This document shows, piece after piece, positions 24,430 through 38,703 of a stretch of DNA of 64,000 bases (position 1 is its first letter; each line of letters begins with the position of its first letter). The stretch is taken from positions 30,752,001 to 30,816,000 of the forward strand of contig NC_083420.1 in assembly GCF_020745735.1 (NCBI RefSeq), in the 5' to 3' direction. The stretch comes from Hemiscyllium ocellatum (Eukaryota). The notes under the pieces are model-generated. The model searched no databases. It was not told the origin of the DNA and saw only the letters and a list, made by a program, of their open reading frames with translations. The translations under genes and the position numbers were made by a program.

Positions 24430-25029
24430 ACTCCAACTCTTTTGAATACCTGGGATCTTGAGCATTCCTATAAAATGGTTGTACCCTGATTCAAACATTG
24501 CAATACTAGTGAGCCTGCACATTGAAGGGAATCTGAAACTTGTATGGAGGGAAGCAACGGTTCAGAAATGCCAAGTTTGATGCAGAGGTCTTCCTCAGCC
24601 TGTTGTAGAAAGCTTCATTTCAATTAATTGATTATGATTACGTAAACAATATGATATGTTATGATTAACAATACATGAAAAGACTCAGCATTTCACAGAA
24701 ATGAAACAGCTCTTTTAATATAACATGGGTCTCATCTCCACTATTTTGCCATTCTGGCAAAGGCCGTATCCATGTTTTAAAACTGATATGTTACACGTTG
24801 TGACGTATAGAAACTGAACCTGTGAGGATTTTACTGAGTAGCACCATATTTAATGTTGTGACATAATATTTGCCTAGGAGCAGGATGAAATGCCAATATA
24901 TTGCATCAGGATAATGTGGAACTTGGAAGGGAAATTTCAGGTGGATCCCATGTGTCTGTTTAAGTGGTAGAGATTATGGTTTGGAAGGTGCTGTCAAAGT
25001 AGTTTTGGTGTAATTCTACGGTGCATCTT

Positions 25030-26370
25030 CACATAGAAAGTAGCTAATATAACACCTTTATTCAAAAAGGGAGAGATATAGAGAAGGAAACTACAGATCA
25101 AGTGGCTTTTTTCTGTCAAAGAGAAAATGTATGAAGCTAATAAAGAAATCTTAACAGAGCAGTTAAATGAACTCAATGTAATGGGGTAGAGGTAACACGA
25201 TTTTGAAAGAAGGCAAACATTGTTTAAGCAACTTATTGGAAGTATTTGAAGAAGTTACATGTACACCCAGTGGATGGGACACCCAGTGGATGTACTTAGA
25301 TTTTCAGAAGGCATTTCCATAAGGTGTCTTGTCAAAGGTTGTTACGGGATCATGTGGAGTATAATATGGATAGGCAATTAGCTAGCTAACAGGAAACAGA
25401 AAATAAGCATAACTGGGTTATTTTCTGGTTGACAAGATGTAATATAAGGACCATTAGGATTAGTGCTGGTGTTTCAACTTTTTATAATTTATATAAATTA
25501 TTTGTATAAATAGACTGATGGTACAGCTGTTACATTTGCCAGTGATATAAAGATAAGTAGGAACATATGTTGTGGAGAAGGGCACAAAGAAGCCATAAGA
25601 GGATAGCAATAGTTTAGGTGAATGATCACAGTTCTGGAAAATGGAGTGAAATGTGGAAAAATGTGAAAATGTCCAATTTGGCACGAAAAATATAAAAAAA
25701 AATCTAATACAAATGGTGAGCTCTTAAGGTGTAAATGATTTGGGAGCTCTAGTGCACAAATCACAAAGTTAGTAAGCAGGTACAGTAAAAAACTATGAAA
25801 GCTAACAGCATTTTAACATTCACTGAGGGCATTGAATATAAAAATATGGAGGTCATGTTTCAGTTATACGGGACACCATGAGTCCTCTGGAGGATCAGTC
25901 TCACTAAAGCAATGAATGCAACGAAGGCAGTTCAGAGAAGGTTCACAACACAAATCATTGCAATGTGTAATTTGTCCTTTGAGGAAAGGTTGGAAAGGCT
26001 AGGCTTATATCTGCTGGAGTTTAGACAAGACAGAAGCAACTTGATGGACAAATACAGCAGGGGACATGACATGGTGGCTAGGGAAAGGATGCTTCCTTTA
26101 GTCAGGAGAATCTAGAAAAAGTCACTGTTTAAAAATTAGCAGATGATTACTCAAGGGTTGTGAATTTTTGTAACTCTCTTCCTCAAACATCAATGGTTAC
26201 GGAACCTTTGAATATGGTTGAAGAAGAGGTAAAAAGATTCTTGAGAGGCAAAGAAGTAAAAAGTCATCAGTGGTAATTAAAAACTTAGAATTGAGGTTAA
26301 ACACACATCAGTTATAATCAGTTGAATAGCAAAGGGGCCATGTGGCCCTTTCCTGCTTCTCATTCGTATA
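25030..26370 (+). mobile_element. Old degenerate CR1 RT/3' fragment
   Basis: Remnants of TPLFKKG, YLDFQKAF, FA.D.K, VQRRFT, ERLERLGLYLLE and a CR1 3'UTR. Confidence 0.8.
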
Positions 26371-28970
26371 TGTATACACACTGTTGCTATTCTACTCTGG
26401 CAGTAGAATAAGTGAATGTCCAAAGAAGTGGGTGAGGTGCTGACTAAACAGGCAGCTTTGCTTTCTCCCGAATGCTTTTGAAGTGACATCCTTCAAGCAC
26501 TTAGAAAGTATACCCTCTTGTACATTGAGGACAGGCATTGAGGAGACAGGAGCTCAGCTACACGATACAGAGTTCCCAGATTCTGACCTGCTCTTATAGC
26601 CACAGTTGTAATGAAGACGTCATATTTAATAGTTGTTGTGGACTTGAATTTGAAGGATTTTGGCTCCCTGGATGTTTTTGTTGAAGAGGTCAATCAAAAG
26701 ATAAAGAAACTTCTTTTCCACCAAAACATATTTTGGGTAGTCCACATCTCTTTTGATAAGTGTTTGTTTGCTGGAGACTGCCTGCCTGTTTATGACTACC
26801 AAGTAGAAGTGTTTGCTTTGGATATTTTTGGTGAGCAGCCTGTTGAAAGAAAAAAAACTCAACAGTTTAGCTCACCTGTTTCGGGAAAAGAACACCTGTG
26901 TGTTCAGTAGCTACCTGGGACCACTGCATGAAAGAATTTGTCTATATTTTCTGATTAATTGCATCTTCAGTAGATCCTAGTAGCAACTACATGTGTTCAA
27001 CAAGTGCCAGAACTTCAGACCGACAGCCATTGGAACATCTCAAACATTATCCTTTTTACCTTCAAGAACTAACCATTATCGGCCAAACAGGTTTCTCTCA
27101 AAGGATTGGTTTTCCTTTACCTCATGGGTTTGTGTGACAGTGTATTTTGTTTCTTTATGTTGTTATTTTACCACATATATTAACCAATTCATCAATAAAA
27201 AGATAAAAAGTATAATCCATCTAATTTTCCTTTTAACCTCTGAGAAGTCACATCACACATCAATAATGGAATTGCTGATTGATTTTTATTATTAGTCTGT
27301 ATTAACTAGTTCACCACAAACCCAAATGTGATTTGAAGTAATCCTACTGAACCAAACAAGATTCGGAGAAGGTATGACAGGTGAAATATGAGCAGGCCGT
27401 TTCCCCTGCTGGAGAATCTAGGTAATGATAGTCCAACTGAGATGGGGAAATGTTTCTCTAGTGTTTGAAAGCTTCCGGCATCAAATGTACTATACTCCCC
27501 AGATGCTGTATCAGTCTGCATTTTTTGACTATAACGTGGCAAGTGTTGAATACTTGTTGCTGTTGTGCATCAGAACTAGAGAAAATTCTAACCCATGCAA
27601 GGAGTTCATTTATGACAAAATTAAACTCACAATTTGGTAGAATGGCATTGCTCCAGCCCTTCAATGTCACTGTCTCTAACTTTGTGACAGAGAATACTCA
27701 AAGGATTGTACACTTATTGTCACTGCAGCCAAATTAGGTTATTGGCATCATGGCCTTCTTCAAGCCTTTTACTGTCCATATCTCAATGTTATCCCTCATC
27801 AGATTGTTTCTTCTTATCTGCTTAGACACTCAATTTTTCCTTTAATTGTTGCCAGAACAAAACTGTTGTGGTCTTTCATTTGGGATCTTTAGTCTAATAG
27901 TACTCGGCACCACTTTTTTTATTACTGAACTTCAACTTTTGATCTTTCTTGTGTTTCAATCCATCCATCTTTTTGATGGATTTTAACTATTTAACTTCCT
28001 GCACCCAAACAATGCTCACTGCCACCTCCTCAAAAAATTATTCTGACAATGCATACGATGTTGCACCCCATGGTAACATGCAATCTCCATTCCCCTGATA
28101 ATGCTCATCTTCTCTACACTCCAATCCCATCAATGTCCACACTCCACCACAGCCCTGGCAAGGCTGAGCTGAAAATGTTCAACAACCCATACCCTCCTTG
28201 ACCATGTTCAGACACCCCACCCATTCCAAAGTCCCCAATACAAATTCAGAAAAATTTAATGTCTTAATTATTAGAAAGAGATTTTAAAAAAAAGTGAGAA
28301 CCATAAACCACTTACCACAACATGGGCAGACTTTGCTGGAGGCTACCTGAGTTGGTAACATCGGGAAGGGCTGGAGCCTCCACAGTTCCTTCTCTTTGAG
28401 AGACCCTCTCCTGGATCCCATCGGTGATGGTGCATTCCTCAATCCAGGACAGGAAGATGCGCTGGAAGGTTGGAAAATAGTAAGGGTGCACTTTTAATCA
28501 TGATCAGTGGAGATTGCAATGGCATCGTTGGTGACCAGAATCTCTGGGCCATCATGTCTCACGTTACGTATTTCCTGCATCTCCAAACAATGGTCCAGTA
28601 TTTACTGGTGTCAGGAATCTCGCAGTGAGTGTTGACAGTTTGATGTTTTATCTTTCTTCAGCTCCAGTTAACTCTGTGCTGCAAACTGCTAAAAGTCTTA
28701 CTTCTTCATAGTGTATTAGTTCAATGGGGCTTCAGATGAACAACTTAACTAAGAGTGGTTAGCAATGGCAGCTTGGCTGTATGATTAATTCATGTGAGCT
28801 TATTAACATCTTGCTGAATTAGTCTAGGGTTAAAGAATTTTGCCAAATCAGTTTGGCAAATAAACTTAAGAAATCAGAATCGACTATTCGGCCCTTTAAA
28901 TCTGTTCTCTAATTTAGAAACTCTTGATTAATCTGATTGTGGCATTAACTCCTCTCTCCAGAGCAAGTCA

Positions 28971-29040
28971 TTCCCTGGCTGGAGTAAAACCCAGGCCACG
29001 TGGTGATAGCATTAACTTCTAACCATCAGACCACCAGGAA
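28971..29040 (-). pseudogene. Degenerate tRNA-Glu-derived sequence (possible SINE head)
   Basis: ttcctggtggtctgatggttag...gcctgggttttactccagccagggaa aligns by eye with vertebrate tRNA-Glu TCCCTGGTGGTCTAGTGGTTAG...GTCAGGGAA; anticodon and T-loop decayed. Confidence 0.7.
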
Positions 29041-31459
29041 CCAAATGAGGCTCTTGCCCAGTGTTTGAAGTTCTTTTAATTCATGAAATTCAAGAAACAG
29101 AGGGAAAACCTACATTCTTACAACAAAGAATAATGGATTATTGGTATTCAGGATGGGTTTACATCCAATTAGTGAATCAATACACACAAAAGGAATTGAG
29201 TAATTATAAATCTCATCAACCTGTTACTACCTTAGCATTGACTTTCTGCACCAAATTAATCTTTTAATGTGTATTCTGGTTTTATGTTTTATGCAGAGTG
29301 TACAGAAATAGTTATTAATTGCTAACCAATTTCCATGTGGAAAGATATATCACACCACAGAGTCCTTACGCAGTTAAATACCAGCTTTATCTTTATGGGG
29401 TTATGGGAGACTTTAATTCATTTTACACAGCAAATCCAGGAAATCCTTAATTCTCTTGGGATGATTGATAGTGAGCTCTGTTTCTTGTGAGGCTAAAGGC
29501 AACGTGGTGTACATTTTCACGAAAATTATGGTGATTCATAACTTAGAAGCTATCTCTTTCTGTCACCTGACTATCTGTCTTAACAATGGCATAAGCATTT
29601 AACTTGTCATTATTTTTACGGCATATTCTGGGCACTTACTCACTGAATGCAAGTTTTCATTTAGTTTTTAATTTATAACCTCTGAAGCTATATTCTTTAA
29701 TCCTCCAGTCCTAAATAAACTGAAACAACTTGTTATGGTCTACATTTACCAAGACCATTTCAAATCAGCAAGGATATCATTGCTCAAGTTTTTCTCCCAG
29801 TAGGAGCATGCACAAATTTGTGAAATCACAAGATCAAATCTCTGTATCCTCTCAATCATTCTTTGGCCTGTTTTGCATAATTTCAGTTTTTTTTTATTAT
29901 GTTTAACTTTTTTCTTGTGTATTCAATTTGAACACTTTCTGTACTTTATTCCTTTTCTGAAAAAAAAAGTTCAGCATTCCATTTGGTGCCAAATTTAGTT
30001 TTGATTATATAGCAAATTCATAGATGACCTACTGGTCTTCTTCCTTAATAATGAGTTAAATAGTAGTCCTGCTCAATCAGATCAGAGAATCTTAAATATT
30101 GTGCCTTTCCTTCACACTCCAACTTGAAGGAAATCTATCATTTCTCCACTCTCTATGCCAAACCTACTCAAAGAAGATCAAAATTAAAAACTTATTTCTT
30201 GGAATAACAAAAATGATGTTTTCTCCACTGGTATCATGCGGATGCTTCTTTGTTGCCCTTTCACATTACACTGCGATATCTGAGCTTCTCAACTGCAGGC
30301 TTGCCTTTAAATTAGACACACGCCCAGACAATGGGAAATATACAAGAGAGGATACTTGATCCTGCTGCCTCAGCTTTCTTCGGCCAACTCCAGCAATTAT
30401 TTTCACTAACACTGAGGAATTAGTAGTGATGCTAGAATAGGGTTTGGGCTCAGCAATGTTATTGGCCTCACTCTGATTCGAGGCATAAAGAAACCAGACA
30501 GCAATGTGAAGGCAGCCTTCATTGTTTTCAGGAACCCAGTGGGTTTTTAGGCATCACTGATTTCTCATTCTTACCCGCTGAACTACCAAAATGTTCTTGC
30601 CTAGAGTCAAACTGAGGGTATGACTGCCACATTAGGAAATTAACACACAAAATTCTGTTTCAATCACAATGGGTTTAATGTCCTTTGGTGGCACTGGTGA
30701 CATACCAGTTTTGTAAGTGCACAGTTGACCATTAATTATCTAATACATAGTCTACACTCCCATGTATATCCTACATCTGAGGTGCATCATCTGTCATATT
30801 GGTGAAGGCAGAGAGACAGATGTCTCAGACCTATGTCTGAAACAGATGTGAAGATTTTCATTTGCAAACAGGATTCTTAACAGTCATTTTGATCTCTCCT
30901 TTGCATGATAGATCTGCCTGGATTCAGTTGTTATAAACACTGCTGGGGCCTCCCCTCAATGCGATACATTTAAAAATTATTTCACTGAATGCGGAGCTAG
31001 CAGAATACCAGTGTGCTCAACTTCGACTTGAACTCCCTGATCTTCTGAAATTCCTCTCTCCTGTTCCCAAACATACTCTGCTCTTTTCCAAGTGGCCAAA
31101 GTTTGCTGTCAGTGACACAGTGGCCTAACATCTCCTTTCAAATCACAGATGGTCTGCCTGAGGATTGGCCCAGCAACTACCTGTAGTTCAACGTTAACTG
31201 TAAATAGTGAGAGAAGTCGAATGTTGTGTGTGTCTCAGCCCATCAGTCCTGATGCAAAGATCATGCAGTGGCTGCAATTAGGTTCAGCAACAATTAGGAC
31301 ACAGCACTCCAAAGCAACTTAATCCAAAGAATGGTCAAATTCTTCTCCCCTATTCCATGTGGGAGTAACTGTTCTGCATGTTATTAGGACCAAGTCACTA
31401 TTTGAGCAACATTTGATAATGATGTTCTATTGCTGGTTAAAAAAGAAGCAACAGTATCA

Positions 31460-33113
31460 GTAATTTCAATTTAGTGAAATTTTATTGATGGTTATTGTTC
31501 AACTGATCATACTGCATGCACATACGATGACAAAGAGAAAGCCTGGCCACAACACTTTCCAGCAGGTTTTTAATCGCATAGGTATATCACAGATTGTGGG
31601 TTGATATTTACTAAGTGCACGCCATGAGGCGCACACAGTACACATGAGGAGTATAACTAAGAGTTGCAGCAAAAAGGCAGAGGAAAAGTTTTGAAGCTGC
31701 ATTATTACAAAAAACAAGGAGACCTGTGACAAACACCCCAACTTAGGTACTGTTAAACAGGACAAAGTGAACGGATTCCAGCATACGCACAGACAAGCTG
31801 CAATTTTTCAAGGACGCTCAAACAAGCTGACCCAACAACTTGCTTACATTGCGCTTTTAACACTGAAATGGCCCCGAGGCGGAATCGGCTTTCTAATTTT
31901 GTGATTTATTAAAGCATAATAAGTAAAATGCTTCCCTTTTTTGTGAACACTTGTTTTTAAATTCGGTCTAGTCCAAAAATAAAAGGCCTCCTCAGAAAAT
32001 AATGTAACAAAATAACACAAGCTGTCAAGCAATGAAAAATTGCTGTTTGTTTACACAACACAGTCATGTCTCAAAAGTACCAAGCTGACGAAAATACCAT
32101 GATTATCTACACTTAATGATTGCAATACTTGTAAAATGCTTATATAAATCTGAATATGATTATCATGTATTCCATAAAAATGATACGCCTTACAGTTGAT
32201 CTACTATCCTAATTCTAAAACATCATAGGCTGTGTAATCTATAACTGAACATTTCCACTGCACAATTTGAAATTTATTTATACATTTTACTGGTACAAAG
32301 AACCTAGTTTATTACTTTCCTTCTGACAAAAAGAAAAATATAAACAATGCTTTATCACCATTTTTGAATGTTTTCCCTCCCATAATACAAAAGTCAGCAA
32401 TGATATCAATAATTTATATATTGGAAGTAATATAAAAAGAATGCTCATTGATGGCCTAACTAGCAGATTTACTTAAATAGACCTATCTATGGTTGAACTG
32501 CTGAAATACTGCCTGGTGGAGTATCTTATAATTGAATGGATGCCCCGACTGAAACCTTATGTACAAGTGCTGAGAAACATCGAAAAACATAACCTTTGGC
32601 TTGAACAAATAGTGAATAATTTAAGACAATTGATAGCAAGATTCTTGGTGCAGTGGTGCCCTCTTTCAAATCTATATTATGTAGACTGACACCCCTTCCC
32701 TTAACCCACCCTCTTTCTCAAAGCAAACAATATTGAAATGAAGAAAAATGACTCATTAAGTCACTTGCAAACCTACAAAACAGGTGAGAATTCCAATGGC
32801 TGCTGTTCTGCATCTTTATTTCATATATATGTGTCTCAGTGATTGTGGTTCTCACAGTTCTTACATCTCACAGTCTTTAAATACCATTAGAAAAGCAGCT
32901 GCTTTTGCCAATAATCAAATATGTAACTTTCAGAAATTAAAACCCACTTATTAAAATACACAGAACAAAATATCTGAGGTATAAGATTAAAAAAATGTAA
33001 TATTTTCCTCATTTTTAGAGTTGCTAAAATGATGCACTACTGCATGTATTGCAATACCCAGGCCTTGGAAAAGCTTCTTTTTTTCCCCAGCAGAAGATTT
33101 AATGGTATGTCAT
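31460..33113 (-). other. RBFOX1: RBFOX1 3'UTR (distal end inferred)
   Basis: Follows the TAA; proximal block gtattgcaatacatgcagtagtgcatcattttagcaactct matches my recollection of the mammalian RBFOX1 UTR; repeat-free; AATAAA (minus) at 32815-32820, 32273-32278, 31905-31910, 31481-31486. Confidence 0.7.
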
Positions 33114-33275
<162 letters not shown>

Positions 33276-33527
33276 TTATTCCATTAAGCCAAATGTTCAG
33301 CTAGGTGATACTCACAAAATTAGAAATATAATAACTAACATGCACTACATTGCCAAGAAATTAAGACATTCATCAAGTTTACTGGAAGGATTAATGTGGC
33401 ATTTTAGCTGCTGTTAGCACCAGAGACAAATTCAATTAAGTTAAACTGAGGATATGCTGGCAGAGATTTAAAAAAAAATGTAGGACTGAAGCAGCAAGAA
33501 CAGATACAACAGAATTAATAATCTTAC

Positions 33528-33603
33528 CACGGCACCAACGCCGTAGGTGGCTGCTGGAGCAAGTGCGTGGTGGTAGGGGTCTGCAGCATAAACTCTTCCG
33601 TAA
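33528..33603 (-). CDS. RBFOX1: RBFOX1 penultimate exon (76 nt)
   Basis: cctttacttgcag|(S)[25 protein letters not shown]|gtaag. Confidence 0.97.
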
Positions 33604-35589
33604 CTGCAAGTAAAGGAAGAGAGGATTAATTAAAACCATTCATGGAAAAGAAAGGAAGTACAACAAAGCTACAGTATACTATAGGAATCAATTGTTGGAG
33701 TTTGACACAAGGTGATGCATACTGGTAAAATAATGCAAACAGAAAATACAAAATGTAGAACAAAAAAGCAAAGCACATCTTTGTACCCGGACACATTAGC
33801 CCGTAATGTTTGTATATTAATATTCTTCTCATATGATATTGAATTCTGGTGAGTTCCTTATCATAAACCAGTTCTCTGCCTCTTGTCAATTGTGGGAACA
33901 CAACAATAGGGACCATGCATGAGGAGCAGTGGGTTACTGAACCTTCATCGTATGGTAAGCGAAAATAGATATATTTCTCTTGAGGCATGGGTGATGCAAA
34001 GAAATCACCTGAGCTGTAAGTCTCATGAAATTTGCTTCTTGTATCGCCTTACAACACACTTATAATCAAATACTTGTTTTCTTTCTGTTTTGTTTGAAAT
34101 GTCACTTTAAATTTGAATCAAAATACATTACTCTGTGATACGTATTTGCTACCCCATTGCAAGATTTTTCTTTTCATTGGATCTCCTGATTCTGCAGACC
34201 ACAGTCAAGCAAAGATAATGGGCAGCAAACATTCCACGTCATCAGTTCTATTTGTGCTCTTGAATAGGCAGAAGACAAAATAGATTTTTTTTTCAATTTA
34301 ACTTAATTCCCTCTGCAGAAGTGATTTCCTTGTCCAACACAGTTTAGCTTGGAAAGTGACAGTGTAAGAAATGACAGTCGAGAACTTGTTTCTGACCAGC
34401 CCTGGTGCAGCAAAGTAAATACATCAACTTCTGGTACCATGGAACCAACGAAAGGACAGGCCAGTGGCAATCATTACAATGTGCTTCATCCTCCCTTTAT
34501 CAGCCTCAGCATTTTCATAGGTTATGGGAGAGTTTAGAATTAATATTATAAAGGAAAATGGTGACCACAAGCAAAGTTAATGTATTTCATTTAGATGGAA
34601 GAAGAGATACTGAGCTAATTATTATGACGGAACTGTTTGGACAGCAAAAATATGTTATTGCTATTGGCAACCTACATTGTACAGTTAAAGTAATTCATTG
34701 CTCTGAAATCCTAACTACTGACTTATATGAAGCAGTTTTTCCATAATAAGTTATTTTTCCCTTAGACCTTTTACAAAAAAAGTGATCCTACTACATTACA
34801 AGGCACCATCAGTTTGATTATGCTATCTAGTGTGGATGCTTTTTTCATTCCATAATGGTTCGCTAATGGCTGCTTATCAAATTGATAATTTATTCTCCAT
34901 TAGGTTGCTTTAATGAAAGTGTATTCAGTTTTAACGTGTGTTCGTTAAACAACAGAAATTTGCTCAAAATTACTGTTATCATTTTAAAATGAGCATATGA
35001 TACAAGCAAAACAATTATAACTGCAAGGTTTTGGAGAGTGACCTTTATTTTACTTCTGTAATGAGTGAAAGATAATGCAGTAGAAATTAATTTTTTTTGG
35101 TTGTCTCAAACATTCAACATTCCTCAAATCTAGGTATGAAGTCTTGCAATCTGGCAGGGATGTATTGGTCTTCTCTGACTTTACTTATCCTTGGCAACCC
35201 TCAGTAATAGTACTCGATCACCTTAAACATGCAAGTAGGGTTCCTTGGTCTGTTTCGGGACATTTCTGCCAAGTTATGATTAGTTCTATGAGGGTACATG
35301 ACAGCTAACTTGTAATTCTTAAACAGGCTGCTGGAGAGCACTAGTAAATATCACTTCTTCCTTGGAGTCAATTGTATTCCTCCCAGATCCAAAGCACTGA
35401 AGAGGGCTACTCATGGGATGCACTCAACAACCTCATGTTTTGTCTATTTGTTCATCCTAGGACTTCCTTGAGACTAGTGCCAATGTGGCACAGGGTCAAT
35501 ATATGATCCAATTCCTTGGAGGCACTCCGGCAGTTCACTATTATTAAAAGGTGTTCCAGTTCTGAATGAATCTTAGGTCTCCAAATTGC

Positions 35590-36645
35590 AACCCATTTTT
35601 GTTATATTCAGTTGGAAGATGTGGGCTTCACTGACTGGGCCCGTGTTTATTTCCCATCCCTAGTTGCCTTTGAGAAGCTGATAATGAACTGTTGTCTTCA
35701 GCTGCCATAGTCCATGTGCTGCAGGGAGATGAACAATGCCCTTAAGGAGGCTATTCCAAGAATTTAACCCAGTGACAGTGAAGGAATGGAGATATATTTC
35801 CAATTAGGATGGCAAGTGACTTGGAATTGAACTAGCAGGTGGTGGTGTTCACTTGCCCTTGCAGATGAAGTGGTCGTGGCTTTAGAAGGTGGCTCTCAGG
35901 ATCTTTGGCAAATTTCTGAAATGTATTTTACAGATCGTACATACCGCTGCATACTGTATGTTGGTGGTGGAGTGACTGAATGGCACCAATTCCACAATCT
36001 ATTAGGCTGCTTTATCGTGGATGGTATCAACCTTCTTGAGTGTTGTTGGAACTTGGATCTAGGCAAGTGAAAAATATTCCATTTTTTTCCAAATCTGTGC
36101 TTTTAAAGGTGGACAGGCCTTGGGGAGCCAGGTAGTGAGTCATAAGCTGAAATACTCATATAGTCTCTGACTTGTTCTTGTGGCCACTGTAATTATAAAC
36201 CTAGTCCAGTTGTTTCTGGTCAATGCTAACACCCTTGGATGCTAATTATGGGGTACTGACTGATGGTAAAACCATTGAATGACAGCGGGTGGTGGTTAGA
36301 ATCTCTCTTATTGGAGACTGTCACAGCCTGAGATTTATGGGACATGAACATTTCTTACAATATTGTCCAGGTCTTGTTTGACTTGAACATGAATTGCTTC
36401 AGTATCTGAGGAGTCATGAGTGGTGCTGAACATTGGCAAATATTCCTACTTCCTACCTTATGATGGAGGGAAGCTTATTGATGAAGCAGCTGAAGATGGT
36501 TGGACCTTGTAAACTACCTTGTGGAACTCCTGTAGAGATGTCTTGGAAATGAGATGACTGACTTCCAATGATCAAAACTGTCTTCCTATGTGCCACGTAT
36601 GGCTCCAACCAGAAGAGAGCTTTCTCCCTCATTCCCATTGATGCT
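35590..36645 (-). mobile_element. Degenerate CR1/L2-group LINE RT + 3' end
   Basis: GVPQGSLQGPTIFSCFINKLPSIIR; same family as 14817-15285. Confidence 0.75.
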
Positions 36646-38486
36646 TCCTACTTTGGGCACAAGACCCTAACCAATTTGTACCTGAGTTTTCCAAGCTCTA
36701 ATTCACCAAAGTATTCTCATTGGAATTATGCTCCTTGTTAAATAAATAAAACTTTCCAGGTAACCATTGGAATAGGAGGTGGTTTTATACATCTCTTCAA
36801 ATATGGCATAAAGGCAGCTTTCATAATAGGTGAGTGAAAAGGATAGGGAACACATTGCAACATGTAACTGCCAAAGAGCAGTCAGGGAATTTCAGATAAA
36901 TTGTTCAAGTATAACTTGGCAGTTAATGCATTATAGGATGATTTGATGTGACTCAGAGCAGATCTAAAGGTTACATGTCACCAATATAAGACGTCCATAG
37001 GTCATATAAAAATCAGATTGTCAAACGCCATTTGTTGAAAACATCTTGAAGTATTTTATTACTTTATATAGTTCAGTTCAGATCTATAAAAATGTGAAAG
37101 CCAAGTAACATCACCATTTCTGAAGTAACTTGTGGAACCCGGCAACTGATGTAATTTCGAACTGAAATAAATAAATAGCCCATATGCTCTTTACAGTGTA
37201 AATTGTGTGCTTTGAGAATCAACTAAGATGTCCTTGTCTGCACATTTTCTATCCAAACTATTGCTCCAATACAGCATCTTTATAAATTTTACTTATTTTT
37301 TATTATAAATTAATTTTTTTGAGAAATCTTTTCTTCAGTAAGACCTGTGCTGACCTAGTATTCTAAGTTACCAAAGAACCAAAGTACTTGGAGATTCTGT
37401 TCCACTGGTGCTAATTAAACTCTTGCCTACGAACTCAATGTCTCAGGAATCAGGTCATCTTTATGGCTCAATGCGCTAAAGTGCAACTGCAGGCTCTGTA
37501 TTAGAATTTTTGTTTATCTGTTCACAGGACACTGGCATCGCTGGCTAGGCCAGCATTTAATGCCCATCTCTAATTCAGAATCAACCACACTTTCACGGGT
37601 CTGTAATCAAATGTAGGCCAGACCAAGTAAACATGTTGGATTTCCTTCCCTGAAGGACATTAGTAAACCAGATGGAGATATGCAACAATCAGCAATGACC
37701 ACATTGTAAATCCAACTTTTTTTTAAAAATTCCAGCTCATTTGGCTGGACAGCTTGTTTGCAATGTAAAGTGATATCAGCAGGGTTCAACTCTTGCTGGT
37801 GGCTGAAGTGACCATGAACGTCCCACAATCTCAACCCCAACCCCTGAGATGTGGTGATTTAAACTCACCAACGCTAGTTTCTGTCTAACAAGAAAGCAAT
37901 CCTATGATCTTCTGGGACCATAGTGACCTTATGTTACTTAATGCCTGAAAATGCTTGGGACTTTCTCAATGACTTTCCACATAACACATTGGGAGACAGA
38001 GAGAAGATTTAAGCACCGCTCCCTGTTGTGATAAGAAAAAAATAAGGATGAATTCTTTGTGACGGAATTCCATCTTGAACTCTGCCTCGATGAGACTAAT
38101 CAGATTTCTGCCTTTGATTGGAGCATGAATTTTAAACCACGCATTTTCCACTAATTCTTCAAGAAATACCAAAACTGCAGTTGATACGATGGCTATTATT
38201 TCAAACATTACTCCACAAAATGACAGAACGCTGGCTGGGCTAGTGATTTCTAATACAACCGGCTCCCATTCACTGTAGTGTTGACCTGGGCAGATGCTAA
38301 ACAGAGGCAAAGCCACTGTCTGGAATGTGGGATGGAAAAACAATAACATGATCATCTAGATGTTACTCCTTCTCTTTTCAAGGCATGTTCCAGTGTTTAT
38401 TCTACAGGAACGTTAAGCAGAAATCTCGAGTGTCTAACTTCCTGAAAATAAGATGATCAATGGTATAAGAAAAACAACAGAAAGAG

Positions 38487-38703
38487 TCATGATGTGGAGG
38501 TGCCGGTGTGTGACTGGACTGGACAAAGTTAAAAAATCATACAACACCAAGTGATAGTCCAACAGGTTTAATTGGAAGCACTAGCTTTTGGAGCACTACC
38601 CCTTCATCAGGTGGTTCCTTCATCACCCAATGAAGGAGCACACTCCGAAAACTAGTGCTTCCAATTAAACCTGTTGGACTATAACCTGGTGTTGTGTGAT
38701 TTT
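38487..38703. mobile_element. PLE family B hairpin with two degenerate head-to-head HHRs
   Basis: Inverted arms ~38533-38588 / 38649-38703; TSD caaca(g/a)aaagag at 38475-38486 and 38704-38715. Confidence 0.8.
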
